DNA of 63,746 nucleotides, the filler included, from Reclinomonas americana ATCC 50394 (Eukaryota): the NCBI GenBank assembly GCA_048213135.1. It is 8 parts of 5 records of this genome, joined end to end, with 100 filler letters (N's around TTAATTAATTAA, not from the genome) between each part and the next. Parts side by side here need not be neighbours in the genome. Positions count along the whole stretch, not along the records: positions 62,594 to 63,746 come from PS015305.1; 7 more parts are not named here. One strand, given 5' to 3'. Below the pieces are notes generated by a model. That model did not search any database and had not been told where the DNA came from. It saw nothing but the letters and a program-made list of their open reading frames with translations. The position numbers were made by a program, and so were the translations under genes. This document shows, piece after piece, positions 62,630 to 63,746 of this stretch. The first letter of the stretch is position 1, and each line of letters opens with the position of its first letter.

Positions 62630-62986
62630 CACTCTCTCCCTTGCCCCGCAACCTCGGACTGTCGTGTTGCCGCTCTATTTAAGGTGCGGGGCCACATTGA
62701 GACACTCCCACACACGCACACGCACATGCACACGCACCGTCGTGTAGACAGAGCTGCGCACACACTGCTGTCATGCACGGGTTTTGTTTGAGGTTGTTTG
62801 TCCGATTACCGCGGCATGCATGCTGACGACCTTAACTTAGACGCCCCGAGTTATCCGCGGACAACAGTAGCCTGTTCTTGTTTGCATCAGACCCCCCATC
62901 TAGAGGTACGCTACACGCTGTGCTGTGCCGCTTGTCTTATTTTTCTATTGTGCTGTTCGAATTCACAATTGTTGCAAAAAGATAAC

Positions 62987-63735
62987 ATGTTTGCCGGAGG
63001 CTCACCGTCCTTCTCCCCGTCCCCTGCGGAGGGGAGCGGGCATCTGCCCCACTCAGCCTTTGCGCCCTCCTACGCACCACACCAAACTGAAGGTGCGTGA
63101 CGGGTTCCGTTTTGAGGTGTGTGCGCCATCATCGCCGCCGCCAATTCCTGACACTTCTTTCCCTCCTCCTCCCCCCGCACACAGTATTGGCCGCACCAGC
63201 AAAGTCGGCCGCTGCTGTCATGCCGCTCATGTATCCCGTCCATCGGCTGTCGCAGCCGCAAGGCCCATTTCCGGCGGCTCTAGTGACTGCAGCAGCTCCG
63301 CCTTGTGAAGAGGCAGCCTCCGACAGCACGCCCACGTCGCCGACGCCTGCTGCCGCTGCGGCAGAACAACACTTGATTTCGGGGTGGGTGGCAGCAGGCG
63401 ATGGCGGGCCGCTTTTGTTTGGCGACGCCGACGACATGGAACTCTTCTTGGCGCAACCGCAGCCACTCCCATTCGCGCCTGCGCAGCCACAAGCACCCCC
63501 ACCGCCACCACCACCACCGCCACCGTTCCAATCACTGGCCGAGTTGCAGCCGCATGCTGTGTACGAACAAGCCATGGAGGTCGACGCTCCAGCGCCGGCA
63601 CCTGCTGCTCGCATCATTGTCATGTTCCGCAGATCAGATGGATCTGGGGACTGGCGGTGGATCGCTGCTCCGATGCAGCATTTCGAGCACAATGCCTGCA
63701 TTGTCGACTACGCCGAGATGTATATCAATGCCCAG
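62987..63735 (+). CDS. Pro/Ala-rich hypothetical protein (5' part; continues beyond the window)
   Basis: ATG at 62987, a phase-1 intron (g|gtgcgt..cacag), an open frame with poly-Pro, and a cag|gtgagt donor at 63736. A TATA-like 'tatttaa' lies at about 62676. Confidence 0.55.
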
Positions 63736-63746
63736 GTGAGTTTGCG

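Overview
Intron-rich eukaryotic (protist-like) scaffold using the standard genetic code. Exons are GC-rich, long introns are filled with microsatellites, and there are many N gaps plus seven artificial N-TTAATTAATTAA-N linkers. Gene models were reconstructed by hand across splice junctions: DNA topoisomerase II (+), a very large kinesin-like coiled-coil protein with degenerate ATPase motifs (+), a secreted cystatin with a triplicated first exon (-), a rhomboid pseudoprotease (+), an intronless beta-propeller membrane protein (+), a secreted PPPDE/LRAT-like protein (-), mevalonate diphosphate decarboxylase (+), a non-RD TKL-type kinase (-), a secreted bacterial-type ferritin-like desiccation protein (+), an H-type-lectin-like exon (-), a Kelch-repeat protein (-), a CP-motif protein (-) and several hypothetical proteins. 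The main finding is a second, frequent class of 5' splice site. About 22 donors on both strands read |GTTGCG(T) and all follow an exon ending in A, C or T, while G-ended exons use degenerate GT donors. This looks like a 1-nt register-shifted form of G|GTGCGT used as a major donor class. All coordinates and counts come from manual reading and need RNA-seq confirmation.
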